Assembly: GCA_964637235.1 (NCBI GenBank)
Contig: CAZWVR010000005.1
Coordinates: 1-48,226, forward strand
Length of the DNA: 48,226 nt
Source of the DNA: an uncultured Bacteroidales bacterium
Lineage (GTDB): Bacteria; Bacteroidota; Bacteroidia; Bacteroidales; S143-33
Direction: 5' to 3'
A program made the translations under genes and the position numbers. Below are positions 38,280 to 48,017 of this stretch, one piece after another (position 1 is the stretch's first letter; every line of letters begins with the position of its first letter). The notes beneath the pieces were generated by a model. It saw only the letters and a list, made by a program, of their open reading frames with translations. It was not told where the DNA came from and did no database searches.

Positions 38280-39884
38280 ATGAAAAAATTTATCATTGTT
38301 TTTTTGTTATTATCTTTTTTATATTATTCATGCCGCAATCGTTCTGCATCTGAGGCTCATATTGTAGGAGATTATGTAAAAATACCACTTAAAGCTGATT
38401 TATCAAGGCTTACTGAAAAACAAAAGCACTTAATAGAACTCCTTATCCGAATAACTGATTATATAGATTCAATATATTTTTACGAGAATTTTGGTAATCC
38501 TTACCCTGTTCTTGATACTATAACCGATAGTTTAAAAAGAGAACTTTTTCTAATAAACTTTGGACCTTGGAATATGATAACTATGCAAGCTTTTATAAAA
38601 GGTTTTGGTAAAAAACCTTTGGGTGGAAATTTTTATCCTTATGATATTACTATGCAAGAGTTTCTAAAATCTGCCGATGCTGATAAAAGTAGTCATTATA
38701 CATTTATTAGGCGAGACAGTTCAAATAATCTCTATTCTATACCTTACCATGTAATGTTAAAAAAATATACCGATACAATATGTTCTTTACTTATAGAAGC
38801 ATCAAAATATACTGAGAATGAGCGATTTAGAGAGTATCTAAATCAAATTGCCATAGATCTTAAAGCAGATAATTATTATAAAAGTGATTCGCTTTGGGTA
38901 CTTATAAGAAATAATCTCATAGATTTTGTTGTAGGACCATTATATATTGCTACGGATAAGCTTATGGATTTAAAAGCAGACCATATTGCCATGGTTTTAA
39001 TAAAAGATACTATCTGGACACAGAAAGTGCAGAAGTATAATGTTTGGTTAAAATATTTGCAGAAAGCCCTTCCTGTACCTCCTGAGTATAAGGAGGAAAA
39101 ACCAGGTGATGCTTCCTCAATAACCGTTTATGATGCTATTGCTATGGGAGGCTCAGCAAAAGTTTCGGGAACTTTAATGTCTATTGTATTACCAAGTTTA
39201 GACCAAAGAGTAAGCTTAAACGTGGGAATGAAAAATATTCAATTTAAAAATGTAATTGAATACAAATCTAAATATATTGTTAAGCCCCTTGCAAAAGAGA
39301 TTCTCCCGAAAGAGAATTTACAATATATTACTTCAAATGCCTTTTTTGTAAATACAATAATGTGGGAAATAGGCAATAGTTTAGGACTAAAAAATACTAT
39401 AAATGGAAAAGGAACAGTGCGTGAGGCTTTAAAAGAAACTGCTACAATAATTGAGTATGTTAAAAATAATCTTATGTCTTTATATCTTGTAAACCGACTT
39501 GCACAAGTAGATGAGATTCAAAATGATTTAAAAGAAAATTATTATACGTTTGTAGTGGATTTGATACGGGCTTTGAGATTTGGTAAATTAAATAATTACA
39601 GTAAAGCTAATTTGATTACTTTAAATTATTTTTTTAAAACAAAGGCTATAAAGATAGGCTGGGATAATAAAATTAGAATTCAAATTGATAAGTTTAAAAC
39701 CATTACAGATTCTTTGATAAGAAAAATTATTGTTATGCAGGGGAATGGCGATTATAAACAAGCTAAATCGTTTATAAAACAATACAATTATATTCCTCCT
39801 GAACTTTATAATTTATTACAAAAAGTTAATTCTAAACATATTCCTGTGGATATTTATCCCGTTAATATAAAGTTAAAACCTTAA
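38280..39884 (+). CDS. Peptidase M49/DPP-III-like lipoprotein with degenerate zinc site
   Basis: Lipobox YYSC. Family motifs INFGPW, KPLGGNFYP, GMKNIQFKNV, TVREALKE and RALRFG are present, but HExxH reads WEIGN. Confidence 0.75.
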   Translation: MKKFIIVFLLLSFLYYSCRNRSASEAHIVGDYVKIPLKADLSRLTEKQKHLIELLIRITDYIDSIYFYENFGNPYPVLDTITDSLKRELFLINFGPWNMITMQAFIKGFGKKPLGGNFYPYDITMQEFLKSADADKSSHYTFIRRDSSNNLYSIPYHVMLKKYTDTICSLLIEASKYTENERFREYLNQIAIDLKADNYYKSDSLWVLIRNNLIDFVVGPLYIATDKLMDLKADHIAMVLIKDTIWTQKVQKYNVWLKYLQKALPVPPEYKEEKPGDASSITVYDAIAMGGSAKVSGTLMSIVLPSLDQRVSLNVGMKNIQFKNVIEYKSKYIVKPLAKEILPKENLQYITSNAFFVNTIMWEIGNSLGLKNTINGKGTVREALKETATIIEYVKNNLMSLYLVNRLAQVDEIQNDLKENYYTFVVDLIRALRFGKLNNYSKANLITLNYFFKTKAIKIGWDNKIRIQIDKFKTITDSLIRKIIVMQGNGDYKQAKSFIKQYNYIPPELYNLLQKVNSKHIPVDIYPVNIKLKP

Positions 39885-39888
39885 TCCT

Positions 39889-41988
39889 ATGAGAAAAAAG
39901 CGGTTTATAATTGCACTTTTAATGCTTTTAAGTATAGCGATATTAGTATCGTGTTATTTAACTGGTAAGAGCAAGGTTAGTGAAAAGCAAAAGGAATTTT
40001 TAATTCTTTCTATTACTAGTCGCTCGTTAGAACAATATCATTATAGCGGTAAACAAATTGATGATAGTGTTTCAGTAGGTATTTATAATGATTTTTTAGA
40101 ATTTTTAGACCCTGCTAAATTGTATTTTTATCAGTCAGATATAGACCAGTTAAATATTTTTAAATATTACATAGATGATCTTATAAAAAAAGGCAGTTTG
40201 ATGTTTTTTGAACAAGTTTTATCAATTTATAATCAAAGACTTAAAGAAGCTGAGAGTTTTTATAAAGAAATTTTGCAAAAGCCATTTGATTTTACAAGAG
40301 ATGAATACATATATAAGGATGCTAAATATGTTTCTTATGCTAAAAATAAAGATGAATTGCGCGAGCATTGGAGAAAGTATCTAAAATATCAGGTTTTATT
40401 GAAATTATATACTGAATATAAAGCTAATCAAAAAGATACTGCTAAGCATAAGAGTTTTGAACAATTAGAGGAACAAGCCAGAAAGGATGTAATCAGTGAT
40501 ATGGAAGCCTATTTTAAACGTTTGAAAAAATTTACAAGACAAGATTATTTTAGTTTATTCCTAAATACTTTAACCCAGCAATTTGACGCTCATACGGAAT
40601 ATTTGGCTCCAAAGGTAAAAGAGGATTTTAAGATATATACTTCCGGAGAACTGGAAGGTATAGGAGCTACCCTTCAACAGCAAAAAGATGGGAAAGTAAA
40701 AATTATAAAATTAGTCATAGGGGGTCCTGCATATAAAAGCGGTAAAATTGAAGAAGGTGATAAAATTCTTAAAGTTGCTCAGGGCGATACAGGTCGTTGG
40801 GTGAATATCATAGGTATGAGGCTCGACGATGCCGTCAGATTGATTAGAGGTAAGAAAGGTACTAAGGTTAGACTAATGTTGGAGAAAAAAGATGGAAATA
40901 TTCAAGAAGTTTCTCTTATAAGAGATAAAATAATTATTGAAGATTCTTATGTCCGTTCTCTTATTTTATTAGATACCATCAGAAACGAAAAAATAGGCTA
41001 TATTTTTATTCCGAGTTTTTACTCCGATTTTAAAAAGCACGGTAGGAATGTATCTTCTGATTTTCTTTCAGAACTTAATAAACTTAATAATGAGAAAGTT
41101 AAAGGTATAATAATTGACCTTAGAAATGATGGAGGTGGTTCTTTGGAAGATGTTGTTAAAATGGTCGGTTATTTAATTAAAAAGGGACCTGTCGTTCAAG
41201 TTAGAGACAAAAGCAATAAAATTAGATTATTAAAGGATAATGATAAGCATGTATATTACAAAGGTAAGATTTTAGTTATGGTTAATTATAGCAGTGCTTC
41301 TGCTTCAGAAATATTTAGTGCTGCTTTACAAGATTATCATAGAGCCCTAATTTTTGGTACTACACATACTTTTGGAAAGGGTACTGTACAAGCTGTTTTA
41401 AATTATGACGATTTATCAATACCACAAGAGTATAAACCCTTAGGTGCTCTGAAAATTACATTACAGAAGTTTTATAGGATAACCGGAGGCTCAACACAGC
41501 TTAAAGGCGTTGTGCCGGATATTATATTCCCAAATCCATATCAGTATTTAAAACAAGGTGAAATCAATCTGGAAAATCCTCTCAAATGGGATAAAATTAA
41601 ACCTTCTGATTATAAGGTTTATAAATATAAATTTAATGTTGAAAAAGTCAAAAAAAGAAGTTATCAAAGAATGGAACAAGATTCCTTTTTTATTTTGACT
41701 AAGCAATATGCTAAATTTCTTAAACAACAAGATAAAGAGAAAAAGATTCCGCTTAATTTTGAAAAATATAAGCAATTGCAACAAAATATAAATGCCCATA
41801 TCAAAAAGGTAAACAAATATAAAAAGGATATACATTTAAAATTTTTATATACAAAAGATGACCAGTATATAATGCAGACTGATACAATAGTACGCCTCAG
41901 ATATGATGCTTGGAAAAAACATCTACGAAAAGATCAGCAGCTGAAAGAAGCATACAATATTATGTATGATATGCTTAATCTTAGATAG
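39889..41988 (+). CDS. prc: Carboxy-terminal processing protease (S41A, Prc/Tsp)
   Basis: Motifs DAHTEY, LEGIGA (PDZ), IIDLRNDGGG, SASASEI (Ser), FGKGTVQ (Lys) and GGSTQLKGVVPDI. Confidence 0.93.
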   Translation: MRKKRFIIALLMLLSIAILVSCYLTGKSKVSEKQKEFLILSITSRSLEQYHYSGKQIDDSVSVGIYNDFLEFLDPAKLYFYQSDIDQLNIFKYYIDDLIKKGSLMFFEQVLSIYNQRLKEAESFYKEILQKPFDFTRDEYIYKDAKYVSYAKNKDELREHWRKYLKYQVLLKLYTEYKANQKDTAKHKSFEQLEEQARKDVISDMEAYFKRLKKFTRQDYFSLFLNTLTQQFDAHTEYLAPKVKEDFKIYTSGELEGIGATLQQQKDGKVKIIKLVIGGPAYKSGKIEEGDKILKVAQGDTGRWVNIIGMRLDDAVRLIRGKKGTKVRLMLEKKDGNIQEVSLIRDKIIIEDSYVRSLILLDTIRNEKIGYIFIPSFYSDFKKHGRNVSSDFLSELNKLNNEKVKGIIIDLRNDGGGSLEDVVKMVGYLIKKGPVVQVRDKSNKIRLLKDNDKHVYYKGKILVMVNYSSASASEIFSAALQDYHRALIFGTTHTFGKGTVQAVLNYDDLSIPQEYKPLGALKITLQKFYRITGGSTQLKGVVPDIIFPNPYQYLKQGEINLENPLKWDKIKPSDYKVYKYKFNVEKVKKRSYQRMEQDSFFILTKQYAKFLKQQDKEKKIPLNFEKYKQLQQNINAHIKKVNKYKKDIHLKFLYTKDDQYIMQTDTIVRLRYDAWKKHLRKDQQLKEAYNIMYDMLNLR

Positions 41989-42052
41989 AATTTGTGCTAT
42001 ATAATCACTTATGATGTTGTTTAATTGGTGTTTCATACTAAACAAGTTTAGT

Positions 42053-43027
42053 ATGAAAAGGTTAGTTCTTTTATTGATAATTGTGATACTTGTTCTTAGT
42101 TCGTGCCATAAGAAGAGGCTTAATGTAAATTATAGGGAGCAAATGCGCCTTTTTGTAGAAAAGATAAGTCAGTATGCAAAGGATAAAAAACCTTTGTTCT
42201 ATATTATACCGCAAAATGGAGTTCAGTTAGTTGTTAGAGATGAAACGAGTTTAGAGCCCGATAATAACTATCTTAGTTCTATTGATGGTGTTGGTCAAGA
42301 GGATCTTTTCTATGGCTATGATGCTGATGATAAAGCCACTCCAAAAGATCAAACTGAATATTTGCTTCAATTTCTTAATATTGTTAAAGATCATGGCAAA
42401 AAGGTACTTATTACGGATTATTGTTATACACATTCTAAAATAGATGACTCTTATAAGAAAAATGATGAATACGGATTTTGTGGCTTTGCTGCTCCTGAGC
42501 GAGATTTAAATGTAATTCCAGATTATCCTTCTGAACCGCACAATGTGAATAATTTGGATATCAGAAACTTAGATAGTATCCGAAATTTTTTATATATAAT
42601 AAATCCAGAAAATTTTAGTAGTATTGATGATATGATTTCTCAATTGCAGCAAACTAATTATGATATGTTGCTTATAGATCTTTTTTTCAATGGGAAACAA
42701 TTAACCAGAGATCAAGTGCAGGCATTAAAGACAAAAGCCAATGGAGGTAAAAGGCTTGTTATTGCATATATGAGCATAGGCGAAGCAGAGGATTATCGCT
42801 ACTATTGGAAACCTGAATGGAAAAATAATCCTCCTCAATGGCTTGAAAACGAAAATCCTCAATGGCAAGGAAATTATAAAGTAAGATATTGGGACCCTCA
42901 GTGGCAGAAAATAATTTTTGGTACAAAAGATTCCTATTTAGATAAAATCTTGGAATCTGATTTTGATGGCGTTTACCTTGATATTATTGATGCTTTTGAA
43001 TATTTTGAACAAAAATATCAAAAATAA
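42053..43027 (+). CDS. Endo-alpha-1,4-polygalactosaminidase-like lipoprotein (GH114 / TM1410-MJ1477-like)
   Basis: Preferred start ATG at 42053, lipobox LSSC. Motifs IIPQNG, IAYMSIGEAEDYRYYW, YWDPQW and FDGVYLD. Confidence 0.85.
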   Translation: MKRLVLLLIIVILVLSSCHKKRLNVNYREQMRLFVEKISQYAKDKKPLFYIIPQNGVQLVVRDETSLEPDNNYLSSIDGVGQEDLFYGYDADDKATPKDQTEYLLQFLNIVKDHGKKVLITDYCYTHSKIDDSYKKNDEYGFCGFAAPERDLNVIPDYPSEPHNVNNLDIRNLDSIRNFLYIINPENFSSIDDMISQLQQTNYDMLLIDLFFNGKQLTRDQVQALKTKANGGKRLVIAYMSIGEAEDYRYYWKPEWKNNPPQWLENENPQWQGNYKVRYWDPQWQKIIFGTKDSYLDKILESDFDGVYLDIIDAFEYFEQKYQK

Positions 43028-43052
43028 TTTTTCTATTGTTTGCAAAAAATTC

Positions 43053-43060
43053 TAAATTTG
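43053..43060 (+). promoter_or_regulatory. Bacteroidota -7 promoter box (TAAATTTG)
   Basis: Matches TAnnTTTG, 14 nt upstream of the ATG at 43075. Confidence 0.5.
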
Positions 43061-43074
43061 TAAAAAAATAACAA

Positions 43075-43449
43075 ATGGAAGATTTAATAATAAAAGGAAC
43101 AAATAGAACCCCAGAGGTCAATTTTCGGAAAGATGGTTTAATAGAGCTCAGAGGTGTTTCTACACTTGAAAATCCTGAGCCTTTTTATAAACCGTTAATC
43201 AACTGGATAGAGGAATACGTCAAAAATCCTGCTGATAAAACAGTGGTAAATTTAGATATGGAATATTATAATACGAGCTCTCAAATGTGGATTTTTCAGA
43301 TATTGGAACTTTTAAGGGACTTAGCAAAAGTTAAAACTGATGTTGAACTAAATTGGTATTATTTTGATGAGGAGATGCAAGAATTGGGAGAGGATCTTGA
43401 AAGTTTGCTTCATATAAAATTTAATTTTGTTCAGAAGCATAAAGAATAA
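43075..43449 (+). CDS. DUF1987 / SiaC family protein
   Basis: Motifs TNRTPEV, G.S..ENP..FY.P, YYNTSS, WYY and ELGED. Confidence 0.9.
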   Translation: MEDLIIKGTNRTPEVNFRKDGLIELRGVSTLENPEPFYKPLINWIEEYVKNPADKTVVNLDMEYYNTSSQMWIFQILELLRDLAKVKTDVELNWYYFDEEMQELGEDLESLLHIKFNFVQKHKE

Positions 43450-43542
43450 AGCCTTTCTCTCATTTTTTATCCGATAAAAAATAGCTTTACGCTGATTTTA
43501 TGATTTTTGTAGTGAATTATTTTTAACTTAAACAGAAATGCT

Positions 43543-45492
43543 ATGAATGATAAAATAAAAATTACTTTTCCTGATGGCACTCAAAAAGAATATCCGAAAG
43601 GTATTACAGGCTTAGAGATAGCAAAAAGTATAAGCTCAAAACTTGCAAAGGAAGCCTTAGCTGTGGGTGTAAATGGACAGACGCGGGATCTTATGTTGCC
43701 AATAGAAACTGATGCTGAAATAAAGTTTTATACATGGGAGGATAAAGAAGGCAAAGAAACTTTTTGGCACACATCAGCTCATATAATGGCAGAAGCTTTG
43801 GAAAGTCTTTATCCGGGAATTAAGTTTGGGATAGGTCCTGCCATAGAAAATGGTTTCTATTACGATGTGGATTTACCAGAAGGCACCACTATATCCGAGA
43901 AAGATTTCCCTAAGATTGAAAAGAAAATGTTAGAGATTGCCAGGGGTAAATACCCTGTCGTTAGAAAAGAAGTTTCAAAAGAAGAAGCTCTTAAATATTA
44001 TAAACAAAAAGGTGACGAGTATAAAGTAGAACTTATAGAAGAGTTAGAAGATGGTACAATTACTTTTTATTCTCAAAATAATTTTACAGATTTATGTCGT
44101 GGTCCTCACTTGCCACATACAGGCTATATAAAAGCTGTTAAATTATTAAATATTGCAGGAGCTTTTTGGCGTGGCGATGCTTCTCGTAAACAGTTAACCC
44201 GTATATATGGCATTACTTTCCCGAAGCAGAAAATGCTTACAGAGTATTTGCAGATGCTTGAAGAAGCTAAGAAAAGAGACCATAGAAAAATTGGTAAAGA
44301 ATTGGAAATATTTTACTTTTCTCCACGTGTAGGACAAGGATTGCCTTTATGGTTGCCTAAGGGAGCAATGCTTAGAGAACGACTGGAAAATTTTTTAAAA
44401 AATATACAAAAGCAATATGGCTATTTGCCTGTAATTACTCCGCATATTGGACATAAAAATTTATATGTTACTTCGGGACATTACCAAAAGTATGGGAAAG
44501 ATTCTTTTCAGCCAATAAAAACTCCACAACCTGATGAAGAGTTTCTGTTGAAGCCAATGAATTGCCCTCACCATTGTGAGATATATCGCTCTAAGCCTCG
44601 TTCTTATCGGGATTTACCTTTACGATTGGCAGAGTTTGGCACTGTATATAGATATGAACAAAGCGGTGAGCTTCATGGTTTAACCAGAGTGCGCGGTTTC
44701 ACCCAAGATGACGCTCATATATTCTGTACACCAGAGCAACTTAAAGATGAGTTTAAAAAAGTTATTGATATAGTGCTTTATATCTTTAAAATTATGCATT
44801 TTGACGATTATACTGCGCAAATATCTCTCAGGGATCCTAATGACAAAGAAAAATATATCGGCAGTGAAGAAAACTGGGAGAAAGCAGAAAAAGCTATTAT
44901 AGAAGCCGCAGAGGAAAAAGGTCTTAAAACTACAATTGTACCGGGTGAAGCGGCTTTCTATGGTCCTAAGCTTGATTTTATGGTTAAAGATGCTTTGGGG
45001 CGTAGTTGGCAATTAGGTACTATACAAGTTGACTATAATTTACCGGAAAGATTTGATCTTGAATATATGGGACCTGATAATAAAAAGCATCGTCCTGTAA
45101 TGATACATAGGGCTCCATTTGGTTCTATGGAACGATTTGTCGCCCTTTTAATAGAGCATACAGAAGGTAAATTCCCTCTATGGCTTACCCCAGACCAGGC
45201 AATAGTACTGCCTATCAGTGATAAGTTTAATAATTATGCCCATCAAATCGCTAATGCATTGAATAGTAAGGATATACGTGTTATTGTTGATGAAAGAAAT
45301 GAAAAAATAGGTAAGAAAATCCGTGAAGCAGAATTGAAACGTATTCCTTTTATGTTGATTGTCGGTGATAGAGAATTACAAAATAATACAGTAGCAGTAC
45401 GTCGCCAAGGTAAAGGAGACTTGGGAGAGATGTCAATTGAAGAATTTGTAAATTTGGTGCAAAAAGAAATCCAGAGCGAATTGCAAGTATAA
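43543..45492 (+). CDS. thrS: Threonine--tRNA ligase
   Basis: TGS domain; motifs [40 protein letters not shown] and IHRA. Confidence 0.98.
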   Translation: MNDKIKITFPDGTQKEYPKGITGLEIAKSISSKLAKEALAVGVNGQTRDLMLPIETDAEIKFYTWEDKEGKETFWHTSAHIMAEALESLYPGIKFGIGPAIENGFYYDVDLPEGTTISEKDFPKIEKKMLEIARGKYPVVRKEVSKEEALKYYKQKGDEYKVELIEELEDGTITFYSQNNFTDLCRGPHLPHTGYIKAVKLLNIAGAFWRGDASRKQLTRIYGITFPKQKMLTEYLQMLEEAKKRDHRKIGKELEIFYFSPRVGQGLPLWLPKGAMLRERLENFLKNIQKQYGYLPVITPHIGHKNLYVTSGHYQKYGKDSFQPIKTPQPDEEFLLKPMNCPHHCEIYRSKPRSYRDLPLRLAEFGTVYRYEQSGELHGLTRVRGFTQDDAHIFCTPEQLKDEFKKVIDIVLYIFKIMHFDDYTAQISLRDPNDKEKYIGSEENWEKAEKAIIEAAEEKGLKTTIVPGEAAFYGPKLDFMVKDALGRSWQLGTIQVDYNLPERFDLEYMGPDNKKHRPVMIHRAPFGSMERFVALLIEHTEGKFPLWLTPDQAIVLPISDKFNNYAHQIANALNSKDIRVIVDERNEKIGKKIREAELKRIPFMLIVGDRELQNNTVAVRRQGKGDLGEMSIEEFVNLVQKEIQSELQV

Positions 45493-45527
45493 AATTTAGC
45501 GGGTATTTTAGATTACCTTTAAATTAG

Positions 45528-45587
45528 AAGCAGTACAGGGAAAAGCTCTATAATGCTATCGACTTCGGGCTTCCTGTGCTGCTTTTT
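45528..45587 (+). terminator. Intrinsic terminator after thrS
   Basis: AAGCAGTACAGG pairs with CCTGTGCTGCTT, followed by a T tract. Confidence 0.7.
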
Positions 45588-45648
45588 AATTTTTATCATA
45601 GTGGCAAGCATTATGTGAATTTTTTTACTAAATACTTGTTATTTTTAG

Positions 45649-45656
45649 TATTTTTG
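45649..45656 (+). promoter_or_regulatory. Bacteroidota -7 promoter box (TATTTTTG)
   Basis: Matches TAnnTTTG, 11 nt upstream of the ATG at 45668. Confidence 0.5.
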
Positions 45657-45667
45657 TAAAAAAAATT

Positions 45668-46855
45668 ATGTCACACCGTCAAGAGTTTTTCCGTTTATTG
45701 GGTTTACCTTCAACGGATTCCTTAGCCATAGAAATAGATAGAGCAGAAGGCGTTTATCTTTACTCAATGGATGGGAAAAAATATCTTGATTTATGTTCTG
45801 GTGTATCTGTGAGCAATCTCGGACATAATAATCCGCGAATAATTAAAGCCATAGAAGCCCAGATACATAAATATTTACATTTAATGGTATATGGCGAATT
45901 GATACAGAGCCCACAGGTAGAATTAGCTAAAAAGCTTACCGATGTACTCCCCTCGTCTCTTAATTCTGTATATTTTGTCAATTCAGGTTCTGAGGCTAAC
46001 GAAGGTGCATTGAAATTAGCCAAACGTTATACCGGACGTACAGAGATTATTGCCTTTAAAAATGCTTATCACGGTAGTACACAGGGAGTTTTAAGTGTCT
46101 TGGGAAATGAAAATATGAAACGTGCATTTCGTCCATTGATACCTGATATTAGATTTTTGGAATTTAATAATATTGACCAATTGGAGCAAATAACAGAAAA
46201 AACAGCTGGGGTTATAGTGGAACCTGTTCAGGCAGAGGCAGGTGTAATACTTCCAGAAAATGATTTTTTAAAACACCTTCGTAAACGTTGCAATCAGACC
46301 GGAGCATTATTAATTTTTGATGAGGTTCAAACAGGACTTGGTCGTACGGGAGAGCTTTTTGCTTTTCAAAGATATGATGTTGTTCCGGATATTCTAACAC
46401 TTGCAAAAGCTTTCGGTGGTGGTATGCCTATTGGTGCTTTTATTGCAGATAAAAAAATTATGGATTCTTTAAAATACAATCCTCCTTTGGGACATATAAC
46501 AACATTTGGTGGGCATCCTGTTTCAGCAGCAGCTGCTTTGGAAAGTCTTAATATTATTACTGAAACTGAGTTATACAAAGAAGCACAGCATAAAGGCGAA
46601 ATTTTTAAGGAACGTTTACAAAACAATCCTAAGGTAAAAAATATCCACGGTATAGGTTTACTTTGGGCTGTTGAATTAGAAGACGAAAAACAAGCTGCAC
46701 GTTTTATCAATATAGCAAAAGAAAAAACTTTCCTTATAACAGACAGATTTTTATTTAAACCCAATGCTTTTAGGATTGGGCCGCCTTTGAATATATCTTT
46801 TTCTGAAATTCAAGACGCAATACAACGTATTGAGCAAACTTTGGATCTATTATGA
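45668..46855 (+). CDS. Class-III PLP aminotransferase (acetylornithine aminotransferase-like)
   Basis: Motifs NSGSEANE, YHGST, EPVQAEAG, FDEVQTG.GRTG, LAKAFGGG (PLP Lys) and TTFGG. Confidence 0.92.
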   Translation: MSHRQEFFRLLGLPSTDSLAIEIDRAEGVYLYSMDGKKYLDLCSGVSVSNLGHNNPRIIKAIEAQIHKYLHLMVYGELIQSPQVELAKKLTDVLPSSLNSVYFVNSGSEANEGALKLAKRYTGRTEIIAFKNAYHGSTQGVLSVLGNENMKRAFRPLIPDIRFLEFNNIDQLEQITEKTAGVIVEPVQAEAGVILPENDFLKHLRKRCNQTGALLIFDEVQTGLGRTGELFAFQRYDVVPDILTLAKAFGGGMPIGAFIADKKIMDSLKYNPPLGHITTFGGHPVSAAAALESLNIITETELYKEAQHKGEIFKERLQNNPKVKNIHGIGLLWAVELEDEKQAARFINIAKEKTFLITDRFLFKPNAFRIGPPLNISFSEIQDAIQRIEQTLDLL

Positions 46856-47997
46856 GAAAGTTGTTTTATATTTTACTGATTATAAATATTTTTTCGCTCC
46901 GACTATATCCTCAAATAACGGTTTTTTCCGATTTTGAAGGAGGCAATGTGAATATTTTGAAAATTGATGCATTAACCAATACGATATATTTTACTCCTGA
47001 CATAGATCAAAATAATACTTTGCGATGTTGGTATTATTTTGGTGTAGCTAATGTTCGCAATAAAAAATTACATTTTGTACCATCTGGATATAATAACCTC
47101 GCAAAAGCATATATGCCAGCTTATTCATATGATAGAAAGCACTGGTATAGAGTTATCTCAAATAATTATAACTTTGAAATAAAAGCATTGCATGATACTT
47201 TATACGTTGCGATGGGGTATCCATATTTATATAGTGATTTGCAAAACTTTTTGAATAAAATAAAAAAATCCCCTTTTGTACAAGTTAAGCAACTTACTAA
47301 AAGTGAGGGCGGAAATATTGTGCCATATATAATCATAAAAAATGATAATCCAGAAGTTAGAAATTATGTTTTAATTTTAGCCAGACAGCATGCTTTTGAA
47401 ACTCTTTCTAATTATGTCTTGGAGGGTTTTATTGATTATATAATTACATCTGAAAATTTGAAGCAAATACTCAATAAGTTTTTTATAGTTATTGTGCCTA
47501 TTGTTGACGTAGATAATGTTATAAAGGGGCAAAGTGGGAGAATGCAAAAACCTTATGATTTTAATAGGGATTGGAGTGATACTCCACATTTAAATGCTGT
47601 TAAAAAAATAGAACACCTTGTTGATAGCCTTAATAAAAGCTATAAATTGAAAATTTTTTTTGATTGGCATTCAACTTATCCTTCCGTAGATTCAAATATT
47701 TTTGGCTTTTTTAATTTGTATTATTTTTATCAAAAACAATATCATAATTTAGAAAATTTTTGGAACTTAGTCTCAAAATTATCAGGTTTTAAAGTATTGC
47801 CAATTTATACCAAGTTTCAAAAAAATGTTTTTTACGCAGACCAGTATTTTTATAGAATGAAAGATATAGATTTTTCTTGCACAATAGAGTTTGATTGGAA
47901 TTATATTGAAAAAAAGCAAATATGGGATATAAAAAATTTACGTTTTCTGGGCAAAAAAATAGCTCAGGCACTAATAATTTATTCCCATCGTTGGTAA
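46852..47997 (+). CDS. M14 zinc carboxypeptidase with CCP-like N-terminal domain, probably exported
   Basis: Signal-like N-terminus; motifs DFEGGN, WYYF, YPY.Y, RQHAFE (HxxE), DFNRDW, DWH and TIE. ATGA overlap with the aminotransferase. Confidence 0.85.
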   Translation: MRKLFYILLIINIFSLRLYPQITVFSDFEGGNVNILKIDALTNTIYFTPDIDQNNTLRCWYYFGVANVRNKKLHFVPSGYNNLAKAYMPAYSYDRKHWYRVISNNYNFEIKALHDTLYVAMGYPYLYSDLQNFLNKIKKSPFVQVKQLTKSEGGNIVPYIIIKNDNPEVRNYVLILARQHAFETLSNYVLEGFIDYIITSENLKQILNKFFIVIVPIVDVDNVIKGQSGRMQKPYDFNRDWSDTPHLNAVKKIEHLVDSLNKSYKLKIFFDWHSTYPSVDSNIFGFFNLYYFYQKQYHNLENFWNLVSKLSGFKVLPIYTKFQKNVFYADQYFYRMKDIDFSCTIEFDWNYIEKKQIWDIKNLRFLGKKIAQALIIYSHRW

Positions 47998-48017
47998 TAA
48001 TGTTAATTTTTGCGACT

